This document shows positions 1-8,652 of a DNA stretch of 64,000 nt, in pieces. Source of the stretch: an uncultured delta proteobacterium (GTDB taxonomy: Bacteria; Desulfobacterota; Binatia; Binatales; Binataceae); contig CAVRVY010000004.1 in assembly GCA_963724765.1 (NCBI GenBank), positions 1,440,001 through 1,504,000 of the forward strand, given 5' to 3'. Every line of letters begins with the position of its first letter. The stretch's first letter is position 1. A program made the position numbers and the translations under genes. The notes below the pieces were generated by a model. The model ran no database searches, was not told the DNA's origin, and saw only the letters and a list, made by a program, of their open reading frames with translations.

Positions 1-446
1 GGACGCGCTCCAGCGCCGAGCGCGCGCCGGATCATCGGACGAACCGGCGCAATCGCGGTACCCTCCGTGATAAAGACGCATTCCTTTTCGGGCACGCGGT
101 CCATCGTGAACGCTCCGAATGGTCCCGTGAACTGGAGTTCATCGCCGAGCTTGCGCTCGAACAGGTATCGCGCGCCCACGCCGCCCGGCACCCGGTTGAA
201 GCAAATCTCGATCGCGTCGGCCTCCTCCGGGCTGGAAGCGACGGTGTATGGCCGCACGCGCGTCTCATTTTCCAGCGCCAGCGAGATCGATATGAACTGG
301 CCGGGCACGAAGCTCAACTGTCCGCCGTCGATTAGCTTGAGGAACAGCGAGCGCGTGTCGCTGTTGTGATCGCGCATCCGCTCGACACGGGCACGATAGA
401 CTGGCCGTCGCGGCGGCGATGCGCCAGGCGCTCCCTGCTCAGCCAT
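1..446 (-). CDS. FNR-like FAD/NAD(P)-binding oxidoreductase (ferredoxin reductase family); 3' end runs off the window
   Basis: Not in the ORF track. Manual translation from ATG at 446: MAEQGAPG...FVPGQFISI...RVRPYTVASSP...GGVGARYL...GPFGAFT...FITEGTAIAPVRPM, containing the FNR motifs PGQF, RxY(S/T), GPxGxF and a variant of GGTGIAP. Confidence 0.85.
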   Translation of the reverse strand, partial: MAEQGAPGASPPRRPVYRARVERMRDHNSDTRSLFLKLIDGGQLSFVPGQFISISLALENETRVRPYTVASSPEEADAIEICFNRVPGGVGARYLFERKLGDELQFTGPFGAFTMDRVPEKECVFITEGTAIAPVRPMIRRALGAGAR

Positions 447-485
447 CGTAGTGGTAAAGCCCTCGGCTCGAATCGCTGCGTGCGC

Positions 486-869
486 TCACGGCTCCGGCTT
501 GGCCCCGCCTTCGCTAATCTGATTGATGGTATAGCGGGGAATTACGACCACTAACTCGGCGTCGCGATCCTCGATCACGGCCTGACAGGCCAGGCGCGAG
601 GTCGGAGTCAGCCCTGGCGCTTTATCGAGCAAGTCTTCCTCCTGTTCGGAGGACTCGGAGAGCTTGTTGAACCCGGATTTGACGATCACGTGACAGGTCG
701 TGCAGGCGCAATTGCCACCGCAAGCATGTTCGAGGTGAATGTGATTGCCGAGCAAGACATCGAGAATCGAGCCGGGCTGGCCGTCATGATGGAAAGGCGC
801 ATCGGCGGGGTTGAATTCGATAACCCGGTCGGGCTCACCGCTTTCAAAAATCACGTGAATCTTGGCCAT
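486..869 (-). CDS. fdx: Adrenodoxin/ISC-type [2Fe-2S] ferredoxin
   Basis: HACGGNCACTTCHV...EEDLLDKAPGLTPTSRLACQ motif. ATG at 869 (MAKIHV) chosen over the longer ORF. Confidence 0.9.
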   Translation of the reverse strand: MAKIHVIFESGEPDRVIEFNPADAPFHHDGQPGSILDVLLGNHIHLEHACGGNCACTTCHVIVKSGFNKLSESSEQEEDLLDKAPGLTPTSRLACQAVIEDRDAELVVVIPRYTINQISEGGAKPEP

Positions 870-923
870 CTCTTTCCAGTGGATCAGTTTTTGACGCTCA
901 ATGCGAGGGTTGTTTTCAGGTAC

Positions 924-952
924 TTGCCGATTCGCCTGATTTTCGCCATCAT
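924..952 (+). promoter_or_regulatory. Putative lexA sigma70 promoter with a direct-repeat operator (TTCGCC-N5-TTCGCC) in the spacer
   Basis: TTGCCG (924-929), 17 bp, CATCAT (947-952). TTCGCC at 931-936 and 942-947 (11-bp period). Confidence 0.5.
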
Positions 953-995
953 GACGATGCCGCCAACGAAGATTCCGCTGGAGGTTGATAAATCG

Positions 996-1604
996 ATGGC
1001 CACGCTCACCAAACGACAGAAACAACTCGTCGACTTCCTTGAGAACTATATCACCGAGCACGGCTATGCGCCGACGCTCAGCGAGGTCGGCCAGTATTTC
1101 GGTCTTTCCTCACTGGCCACCGTGCATAAGCATCTGCACAACCTGGAGGAAAAGGGCTTCATCAGGCGCGTCCACAATCACAGCCGCGCGCTCGAGATCA
1201 TGGTCGAACGCAAGCAGCCGGCGGCGCAGGAGTTAAAGCTGGTCGGCACTGTCGCGGCAGGCGCGCCTATCGAGGCGGTCGAGGGCAACGACACGATTGC
1301 GGTGCCCGAGGAGTTCGTACGGCGCGACAACACGTTTTGTCTGCGGGTGAAGGGAGAGTCGATGATCGATGAGGGCATCCGCGACGGCGATTACATCATC
1401 GTCGAGGGACGCGACGCGGCGAGTCCGGGCGAAACGGTGGTCGCCCTGATTGGCGACGAGGCCACAGTCAAAAAATATTTTCCCGAAACCGACGGTAAAG
1501 TCCGTCTGCAGCCGGCCAACGCAACGATGGAACCGATCTTCGTGAGCGAAGACGACCTCAGGATTCGCGGCGTCGTGATTGGCCTTATGCGCCACTACCG
1601 TTAG
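996..1604 (+). CDS. lexA: SOS repressor LexA
   Basis: LTKRQ...GYAPTLSEV...TVHKHL winged HTH; VAAG cleavage site; GESM Ser; EATVKK Lys; GGAGG upstream of ATG 996. Confidence 0.97.
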   Translation: MATLTKRQKQLVDFLENYITEHGYAPTLSEVGQYFGLSSLATVHKHLHNLEEKGFIRRVHNHSRALEIMVERKQPAAQELKLVGTVAAGAPIEAVEGNDTIAVPEEFVRRDNTFCLRVKGESMIDEGIRDGDYIIVEGRDAASPGETVVALIGDEATVKKYFPETDGKVRLQPANATMEPIFVSEDDLRIRGVVIGLMRHYR

Positions 1605-1700
1605 GGCACGCAGTCCAGGAACGCCGATCGAGCGGCGCTCTCAACCGCGCCGCCTGCCCGACTCTCTGCGCTTGTCTATCTTGGTCGGCATGAACGCTCG

Positions 1701-2642
1701 TTAGATGAACACAACCGGATCGGCGGCGCTGCCGGCGGCTTTGCGCGGCGATGGTGACGGTGGCTGAATAGCCGCGGGCGTAGGGACGTGCTTGCCTCTG
1801 CTGGTGCGGTCAAAAATTCGCTTGCCGATTTTTCCCGCGCTCTGCTCGGCCACCATGGGGGTCGGCGGAATGCGCACTATGAAGCGCGAGCCTCGCCCGG
1901 GCGTCGAGCTGACCTCGAGCTTGGCGCCCAGCGCCGAGACGTTGCGATGCACCACCGCGAGGCCCAAACCGAGTCCGCGAAATTTGCGCGCACTGGAGTG
2001 CGAGAGTTGCGCAAACGGCTCGGCCGCCTGCTTGATTAGCTCCGGGCTCATCCCCAACCCGGTGTCGGCGACCTCGAGCACGACGCCGGGCTCCGCGCGG
2101 CGAGTCCGTGAGCTGCTGATCCGAACAGTCACGCTGCCGCGCTCAGTGAACTTGATCGCATTTAATACCAGGTTGGAGAGAATTGAACGCAGCGGGCGGC
2201 GCGAGGTGTGAATCGTCAGCGGCGCATGCTCAAGGTCGATTTTCAGAGTCAGTTCCTTGCCGCCCCTGGCCGCTTCGATCGCCGGCGCCAGGTCATTCAG
2301 TAGGCTGCTGATTGACACGTCCTCTTCCATGCGGCTGGTGGCGCCCGCTTCCGACATAACGAACTCCATGATGTTGTCGACGGTCTGGGAGAGGTCGTGC
2401 AGATTGCAGTTCATCCGTTCGAGCATAGCGCGCGGCTCGGGATCGAACTTTTCAGCCCATTCGTCGCGCAGGATGTCGACATAGCCGAGCAGCACCTGCA
2501 ATGGCGTGCGCAACTCGTGCGCGAGGTTGGCCAGCACTTCCAGCCGCACACCCTCAATCCATTGGCTCAGCGGGCCCTTGGACTCGATGGTGGTTTGAGG
2601 CTTCGTACCCGGATCGTCGTCGGATGAAGGTCGGTTTGCCAT
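1701..2642 (-). CDS. Cytoplasmic histidine kinase (HisKA + HATPase) with no evident sensor domain
   Basis: H-box LAHELRTPL, N-box NLVLNAIKFT, DTGLG and GLGLGL boxes. Only about 35 aa precede the H-box. Confidence 0.88.
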   Translation of the reverse strand: MANRPSSDDDPGTKPQTTIESKGPLSQWIEGVRLEVLANLAHELRTPLQVLLGYVDILRDEWAEKFDPEPRAMLERMNCNLHDLSQTVDNIMEFVMSEAGATSRMEEDVSISSLLNDLAPAIEAARGGKELTLKIDLEHAPLTIHTSRRPLRSILSNLVLNAIKFTERGSVTVRISSSRTRRAEPGVVLEVADTGLGMSPELIKQAAEPFAQLSHSSARKFRGLGLGLAVVHRNVSALGAKLEVSSTPGRGSRFIVRIPPTPMVAEQSAGKIGKRIFDRTSRGKHVPTPAAIQPPSPSPRKAAGSAADPVVFI

Positions 2643-2844
2643 GAGCGTCTCCTGTTTGCCCTTGCGACGCACGGCATGGCGAGCCTTGGCGGCGAAGCAT
2701 GGGCGAATTCATGCTTCGCAAAATAGTTCACGCACGGCAGATGCCCAATCGGGAAACCGCTTAGAAGGAGGAGAAAAAGCGCCTATTTTTCTTGGGAAAA
2801 GTACCTAGAAAACACGAGCAGCAAAACGCAAAACCCCGGACCGC

Positions 2845-3063
2845 TCAGCAGCATCGATTCGGCCCCTTGCCGTGATGTGCCAGCGTCTGCTTCACGATGC
2901 GCACGCGCTCGCCCCGCGAACCGGCGCCCGCCCCGATACGGTTGAGGCGGCGCAACTCCCAGGCTGTCAGCGACGCCGCTACTCGCATCGCGCGGGCGAT
3001 TCGCTTCATCCGCGCCCACAGCGGAGCGGCGTAGTGTCGTGGGTGGATGGCTGCGCGGTTCAT
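2845..3063 (-). CDS. Small basic hypothetical protein ending GKGPNRCC
   Basis: 72-aa ORF from ATG 3063 filling the gap between the kinase and aguB. The C-terminus recalls the YbdD/YjiX ...RCC tail. Confidence 0.4.
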   Translation of the reverse strand: MNRAAIHPRHYAAPLWARMKRIARAMRVAASLTAWELRRLNRIGAGAGSRGERVRIVKQTLAHHGKGPNRCC

Positions 3064-3196
3064 CGCGAGGCCAAGCCTATTCCGTATCGCGCCCTGCGCC
3101 AATCGAGATCGGCGATTCTCCGGATCATCGTAGCGACACGAGCGCTTCATGCAAGCTGCTGGCGGCGTCCGCGAACGGTTGCTATCAAGGTAGGTC

Positions 3197-4066
3197 ATGA
3201 CTTCCGAGCCGCTACGTATCGCGCTGGTGCAGATGAGCTGCGAGGCCGAGCCGCGACACAACCTGGACAAGGCGCTCACGCGGATCGACGAGGCGGCTGC
3301 GCGCGGCGCCAGGGTAATCTGTCTCCAGGAGCTATTTCGCTCGCGCTATTTCTGCCAGTCCGAGGAGGCCAGCAGCTTCGACCTCGCCGAGCCGATTCCT
3401 GGACCGACCACCGAGGCGTTGAGCGCGGCAGCAGCCGCGCGCAAGGTCGTCGTCGTGGGTTCGATCTTCGAGCGCCGCGCCGAAGGCATCTATCACAACA
3501 CGGCGGTGGTGATGGACGCCGACGGTCGTCTCGCAGGCCGCTACCGCAAGATGCACATTCCTGACGATCCGCACTACTACGAAAAATTCTACTTCACACC
3601 GGGCGACCTCGACTTCACCGCTCATCGCACCGCCCATGCGACGGTCGGCGCGCTGGTATGCTGGGACCAGTGGTTTCCCGAGGCGGCGCGTCTGGTCGCA
3701 CTGGCCGGCGCGCAGATCGTTTTCTATCCCACCGCGATCGGCTGGGAGCGCGGCGAAGTCGAGCCGATGCGCCGCCGCCAGCTCCAGGCCTGGGAGACCA
3801 TCCAGCGCGGCCACGCGATCGCCAACGGGATGTTCGTCGCGGTGGCCAACCGGGTGGGCGCCGAGGACAGCCTGGAGTTCTGGGGCAACTCGTTCGTGGC
3901 CGATCCGTTCGGCGAGGTAATTGCGCGCGCCGGCGCGAGCACGGAGGAAATTCTCATCGCCGACTGCAATCTCGCGCTTATCGAAGAGACCCGGCGCAAC
4001 TGGCCGTTCCTGCGCGACCGGCGTATCGACGCCTACGGCGATCTGCTGCGCCGCTTCCGCTCCTGA
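3197..4066 (+). CDS. aguB: N-carbamoylputrescine amidase (nitrilase family)
   Basis: LQELF, YRKMHIPDDPHYYEKFYF and VCWDQWFPEAAR give the E-K-C triad; adjacent to agmatine deiminase. Confidence 0.9.
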   Translation: MTSEPLRIALVQMSCEAEPRHNLDKALTRIDEAAARGARVICLQELFRSRYFCQSEEASSFDLAEPIPGPTTEALSAAAAARKVVVVGSIFERRAEGIYHNTAVVMDADGRLAGRYRKMHIPDDPHYYEKFYFTPGDLDFTAHRTAHATVGALVCWDQWFPEAARLVALAGAQIVFYPTAIGWERGEVEPMRRRQLQAWETIQRGHAIANGMFVAVANRVGAEDSLEFWGNSFVADPFGEVIARAGASTEEILIADCNLALIEETRRNWPFLRDRRIDAYGDLLRRFRS

Positions 4067-4108
4067 TTCAACGAAAAGTGGAACCGCCTGACGTGAAAGC
4101 GTGAAAAG

Positions 4109-5197
4109 GTGAAATCTCCTTCGCCTGCATCGCCGCAGCTCGCGGCGGCCTACCGGATGCCGGCCGAATCGGCGCCGCATCTGGCGACCTACCTGGTATG
4201 GCCGCACAACCGCGACACGTGGCCGGGCAAGTTCGAGGCGATCCCGCCGGTGTTCGCCCGGATGGCGGCGGCAATCGCGGAGTTCGAGCCGCTGCGATTG
4301 CTGGTCGGCGACGAGGACATGGCCGAGGCGGCGCGCGAGACGATCCTTGCGACGGCAGGCCCGGCGGCGTGCCTGGATCGAATCGCTTTCACGATCGTTG
4401 CGACCAACGATTCATGGATTCGCGACCACGGACCGATCTTCATCAATCGTGCCGCTCCCGGCGATGCTCCTGCGCAGGTCGCGCTGGATTTCGGCTTCAA
4501 CTCGTGGGGCGAAAAATACGGCGCCTTCGATCTCGACGACGCGGTGCCGCGCCGGCTGGGCGAGCGATGGGGCTTCGAGGTCCTCGAGCCCCCGATGGTT
4601 CTCGAAGGCGGTTCGATCGACGTCGACGGCGCGGGCACCCTGCTCACCACCGAATCGTGTCTGCTCAATTCCAATCGCAATCCGGCGCTCGACCGCGCCG
4701 AGATCGAGCGGCGGCTCAAGTACTGGCTCGGCGTGAGCAGCGTGCTCTGGCTCGGAGAGGGAATCGCCGGCGACGACACCGACGGCCACGTCGACGACCT
4801 CGCGCGGTTCGTCGCTCCCGCAACGGTGGTGACCGTGATCGAGGACGACCCGCGCGACGAAAACCATCGCGTGCTCGCCGACAACCTTAAGCGGCTGAGA
4901 GCCATGCGCGACGCCGAGGGCCGAGCGCTCAAGATCGAGACGCTGCCGATGCCGCCCGCGCTGTTCCACGAAGGGACGCGCGTGCCGGCGTCGTACGCGA
5001 ACTTCTACATCTTAAATGCCGGCGTAATAGTGCCCACGTTCGATTGCCCGCAGGACGCGACCGCGATCGCCACGCTTGTCCGGCTATTCCCGGGGCGCCG
5101 CGTCGTCGGTATCCCGTCACACGACCTGGTCTGGGGCCTCGGTGCAGTCCACTGCCTTACCCAACAGCATCCGGTGCCACCGACCGCGCTCGCCTGA
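4109..5197 (+). CDS. aguA: Agmatine deiminase (peptidylarginine deiminase family)
   Basis: RMPAE...WP, DSWIRDHGP, LEGGSIDVDG, DDTDGHVDD, ASYANFY, GAVHCLTQQ. Confidence 0.93.
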   Translation: MKSPSPASPQLAAAYRMPAESAPHLATYLVWPHNRDTWPGKFEAIPPVFARMAAAIAEFEPLRLLVGDEDMAEAARETILATAGPAACLDRIAFTIVATNDSWIRDHGPIFINRAAPGDAPAQVALDFGFNSWGEKYGAFDLDDAVPRRLGERWGFEVLEPPMVLEGGSIDVDGAGTLLTTESCLLNSNRNPALDRAEIERRLKYWLGVSSVLWLGEGIAGDDTDGHVDDLARFVAPATVVTVIEDDPRDENHRVLADNLKRLRAMRDAEGRALKIETLPMPPALFHEGTRVPASYANFYILNAGVIVPTFDCPQDATAIATLVRLFPGRRVVGIPSHDLVWGLGAVHCLTQQHPVPPTALA

Positions 5198-5231
5198 GAC
5201 GCATACGCGAAGGCATACTCACCGGCATCAT

Positions 5232-6866
5232 CTATGGGAAAAAGCTCGGCGGCGCGGTTCTGACGAGCTCTGGAATTCCGTCCAGGCGCGCGGCAGACGA
5301 ACCGGCGCGCGCAAACAACGCGCATATCGGGTCGCGGTAGATCAGGCGCCATTCGGCCTGCGCCATCATCAGTATATAAGCGGCCGACCCGGTCGGCATC
5401 AGCACGAAATCGTTTGGGTAGGCGTCGAGGACGCGTGCGGCGCCCGGCTCCGCGTAGTTGATTGCGGCAAAAACGCTTTGCACCTGATGCGGATAGTAGG
5501 CCTCGAAAATGCTCTCAATGAAAATCTTCCAACGTGCGGCATCGTGGAAGAGCAGATAGTCGGCCCATCCGAAATCGCTCAGCACGTTGCCGTGGAAATC
5601 ATGCTCCTGCATGAAAGCCAGCGCGCCCACTGGCTTGGCTTCGACCGCGGGCAGCGCTTTCGATAGTAGCCCGGTGTGGATCGCAAAACCAACCGCCAGC
5701 ACGGCAAGTGCGGCGTGCAACGCTTGCCAAATCCGCACCGGGCGCGCCACGTCGGCACTCGATGGAGACCGCAGGCGATCGATGAGCAGATCGGCATGGC
5801 GGCAGAGCGGAATACAACAAGCGATCACGGCCAGCGCCGTGTTGCGTACGGCGTAAAGCGCGCTGACCGTCATCAGCGCCGCGACCGCGAACAAGGCGAG
5901 ATCGTCGGCACGTGGTGTGAGCGCGAAGGTAACCAGGAGCCCGGCCATGATTGCGAGTGCGGAGATGAAGGTGAACAGCGGCCGATGGTTGCGGTGAAAA
6001 TCGACCACGACCGCCAACAGCGAGCGGAACTCGGAGATATGGCGCAGCGTGAAGGGATTGCGCAGCACGCCGGCGATCACGATCCAGTCCTTCATCCCAT
6101 AGGGGTTGAGGAGCGTAGCCAGCGTCGCCGCCGAAGTCAGCGCCGCGAGCTCAATCGCGCGGCTGAGCCCGCGCCCCTCGGCCAGGTCCTGTGTTGCGCG
6201 CACCGCCGTGTACAGGCCCATCGCCACCAGGCCGACGAAGAACCCGCCGTGCAGATTGGTCCACAGGGCGAGCATCGGCACCGCGAGCCACAGCCGTGCG
6301 CTACGGCCATAGCTCTCGCGCGCGAACATCGCCATCAATGCGGCCAGGCAGACGTCGTCGGCGAGGAAGGTGCGAAACTGCATGTGCGCGATGATTGCGA
6401 ATGCCGCCGCCAGCAACGTCAGCCCTTGCACTATCAGCGCCGCTCCGGTCTCGGCCATCCCCAGCGACAGCAACACCATCACCGCCGCGACGCATGCGAA
6501 CTTGGCGAGTTTGAGCCCGACCACGCCGGCCACGTTGTACACCAGCGCCATCAGGACCTCGCCCAGCCAGTCCACCATGATCCAATCTCGCGGACCCGGG
6601 GGGCAGGCATACGACGACGGTGCGTGGAAGAAGAATTGATGCCGCGTGAGGACGATATTGCCGAAATGGATATGGCCCCAGAGATCGGTATCCGCGGCGC
6701 GCATCGCGTCGGCGATCACGATCGCGAACAGCACCACCCCAGGCGCGGAGCGCAGCAGCGAGCGGCCGGGCGGTTGCGAACCGGCTTCCGGCGGCGCGTC
6801 GATGGCAGCGCGGCGCGGCGATGATAGACCAGCGCTCCGCGGCGCCTGCTCAAGACTCCCCCCCAA
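5232..6866 (-). CDS. Polytopic membrane protein, probable GT-C-fold glycosyltransferase-like
   Basis: Many hydrophobic helices; DTDLWGH loop after TM1 and LWTNLHGGF motif; GGAGG before the TTG start. Confidence 0.6.
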   Translation of the reverse strand: MGGSLEQAPRSAGLSSPRRAAIDAPPEAGSQPPGRSLLRSAPGVVLFAIVIADAMRAADTDLWGHIHFGNIVLTRHQFFFHAPSSYACPPGPRDWIMVDWLGEVLMALVYNVAGVVGLKLAKFACVAAVMVLLSLGMAETGAALIVQGLTLLAAAFAIIAHMQFRTFLADDVCLAALMAMFARESYGRSARLWLAVPMLALWTNLHGGFFVGLVAMGLYTAVRATQDLAEGRGLSRAIELAALTSAATLATLLNPYGMKDWIVIAGVLRNPFTLRHISEFRSLLAVVVDFHRNHRPLFTFISALAIMAGLLVTFALTPRADDLALFAVAALMTVSALYAVRNTALAVIACCIPLCRHADLLIDRLRSPSSADVARPVRIWQALHAALAVLAVGFAIHTGLLSKALPAVEAKPVGALAFMQEHDFHGNVLSDFGWADYLLFHDAARWKIFIESIFEAYYPHQVQSVFAAINYAEPGAARVLDAYPNDFVLMPTGSAAYILMMAQAEWRLIYRDPICALFARAGSSAARLDGIPELVRTAPPSFFP

Positions 6867-7186
6867 GACCTCACCTCCGCCCGATTGCCGGGCGCCGACG
6901 TTGCAGCGGCCAGTGCGGCCTTAAGAACCGCGGCTCCGCTCCCCACGGCTGACACTCTAACGGTGCGCGGCGAAAGCGTCAAAACGAAGCGCTGCCGGTC
7001 TGCGGCACATGCCGAAACGGCTCACCACGCGTAGGGCAGACGTCAGGGACGCCGCTACAACTCGGAGCCGCCGGAGCGACGCCGGCAAATCGTGGGCTGA
7101 AATAAAGTACGCCCCGAACCCGGCGCGACATTGCGCGCGGGGTGCGGGGCGATAAGTCGAGCGATACGTCTTGCGGATCGAAACTT

Positions 7187-7780
7187 TCAGGTTTGCGGTG
7201 GGCGCGATTTGGCCTCGGCGCGCCATTCGTTGTTGGTGCTGCGGTCGCCCGCAAGCCACTTGCGCAGGTCCTCATGCGCGCTGGCGGAGCGTTTGGCCGC
7301 AATCTTGTCGGCCGCGGGATGATCGACTGTGAACTCGAGGTTCAAACCATTAGGGTCGGTGACATAGAGCGACACGCAATAGCCATGGTCGATAACCATG
7401 GTCTCGTGGCCGGCGGCTTCGAGCCGGCGCTGCATCTCCTGCTGGCCGGGCGCGTCGGCCACCTTCAGCGCCAGGTGAACAAACGGTGAGTGCGGTCCGT
7501 AGTGCGCGAATTTTTCGTGCTGCTTGGGATTGGCGAAATGAAAGAACGCCAGCGCTCCGCCGTCGGCGATCTGGAAAAACAGATGGCAGTAATACAGTTC
7601 GTCCTCGCCGAACACCTTATCGCACTCGCGCCAGGCCGCGACCATCGGCCAGCCCAATATGTCCTCGTAAAACTTCCGCGTCTGCTCGAGGTCGCGGCAG
7701 ACGTAGGCCGCGTGATGCAGCCGCGTCGGAACCGTGTCCAGTTTGCCGCGCCCCTGACCGTTGGTTTGCGTTGTGCTCAT
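7187..7780 (-). CDS. VOC/glyoxalase family protein
   Basis: LHHAAY...FYEDILG, HLAL, IDHGYCVSLYVTDPNGLNLEFT. Confidence 0.85.
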   Translation of the reverse strand: MSTTQTNGQGRGKLDTVPTRLHHAAYVCRDLEQTRKFYEDILGWPMVAAWRECDKVFGEDELYYCHLFFQIADGGALAFFHFANPKQHEKFAHYGPHSPFVHLALKVADAPGQQEMQRRLEAAGHETMVIDHGYCVSLYVTDPNGLNLEFTVDHPAADKIAAKRSASAHEDLRKWLAGDRSTNNEWRAEAKSRPPQT

Positions 7781-7805
7781 GGTGATTTGCCCTCGTAACC
7801 CGTTT

Positions 7806-8411
7806 CTAATCCTTGTACCGGGCCTCGCGCAACGGGACTCGGCGGTCTGCCGGTTGTAGGTCCTGGCGCGCGGACCCAGCGTCCCGAACCGCGTCGGCGT
7901 CTAGGTTGCGCTTGATGCAATCGAGCTGCTCACGCAGCAGCGGTATTTTCTTGGGCGATATTCCTGCCAGCGCGACCTGGTTCACTTCCATCGCGTAGGG
8001 CAGCAGCACTTCGCGCAGCCGCCGGCCTTCGTCGGTGAGACGGATATTGACCTTGCGCCGGTCCTCGGAGTTGCGCGTGCGGCTAATAAGCCCGCGCCGC
8101 TCCATGCTTTCCAGCGCGGTCGCCGTGGTCGGCTCCATCATCCTCACCCGTCGGCTGAGCTCGCGCTGGGTAAGCCCGTCTTCCTCCCACAGCGCGCGCA
8201 GGAAGTACCACATCCCGATACTCACGCGATGCCTCGATACGCGCGCACCCAGGGCGCGGAGAAAGGCGCGATGGGTTTCGCGCACCAGGTAACCGACGCT
8301 CTGGTCGGGCGGAAAATCCGCGCCGGACTTCCGGGCCGGCGGCGCCGCCGCCTTGGAAGCCGCCGCCTTGGTCGTCATTGCTCTTCCATTGTTCACGCTA
8401 TGCCGGTTCAT
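7806..8411 (-). CDS. MarR family transcriptional regulator (start may be 8378)
   Basis: SVGYLVR...LWEEDGLTQRELS...LESMERRGLISR..DRRKVNIRLTDEG; divergent from the catabolic operon. Confidence 0.92.
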   Translation of the reverse strand: MNRHSVNNGRAMTTKAAASKAAAPPARKSGADFPPDQSVGYLVRETHRAFLRALGARVSRHRVSIGMWYFLRALWEEDGLTQRELSRRVRMMEPTTATALESMERRGLISRTRNSEDRRKVNIRLTDEGRRLREVLLPYAMEVNQVALAGISPKKIPLLREQLDCIKRNLDADAVRDAGSARQDLQPADRRVPLREARYKD

Positions 8412-8507
8412 TTCTGCGCTTCGTTCAGCCCTTCGCGATCAACGCTTGTCGAAGACTCTGCCATAGCCCGCAGCATAGCAGGCGCTCCGCCCCGAGCTTA
8501 TGCGGTC

Positions 8508-8588
8508 TTGACGAATAGCCGGGAGGGGGACTACTAAGAATACTTAGATATCTTTGCATTAGATATCCTGGCGTTTAGAAAGCTTGGC
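8508..8588 (+). promoter_or_regulatory. Promoter (-35 TTGACG) followed by three degenerate TTAG-N4-C(T/C) repeats, candidate MarR operators
   Basis: TTGACG 8508-8513; ACTTAGatatCTTTGC 8542-8557; CATTAGatatCCTGGC 8557-8572; GTTTAGaaagCTTGGC 8573-8588. Confidence 0.5.
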
Positions 8589-8652
8589 ATTTGGCGCACT
8601 TGCCTGCGAGCAAAGCTGACCGGCGCGCCGCCTTATTATACGGAGCGTTCAC

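Noticed and set aside
690-995. N-terminal extension making LexA 304 aa
   Set aside because: It overlaps the divergent fdx gene; the RBS and homology start at ATG 996.
2845-2847. TGA after RCC as a possible selenocysteine codon
   Set aside because: No convincing SECIS hairpin or sensible continuation follows; treated as a stop.
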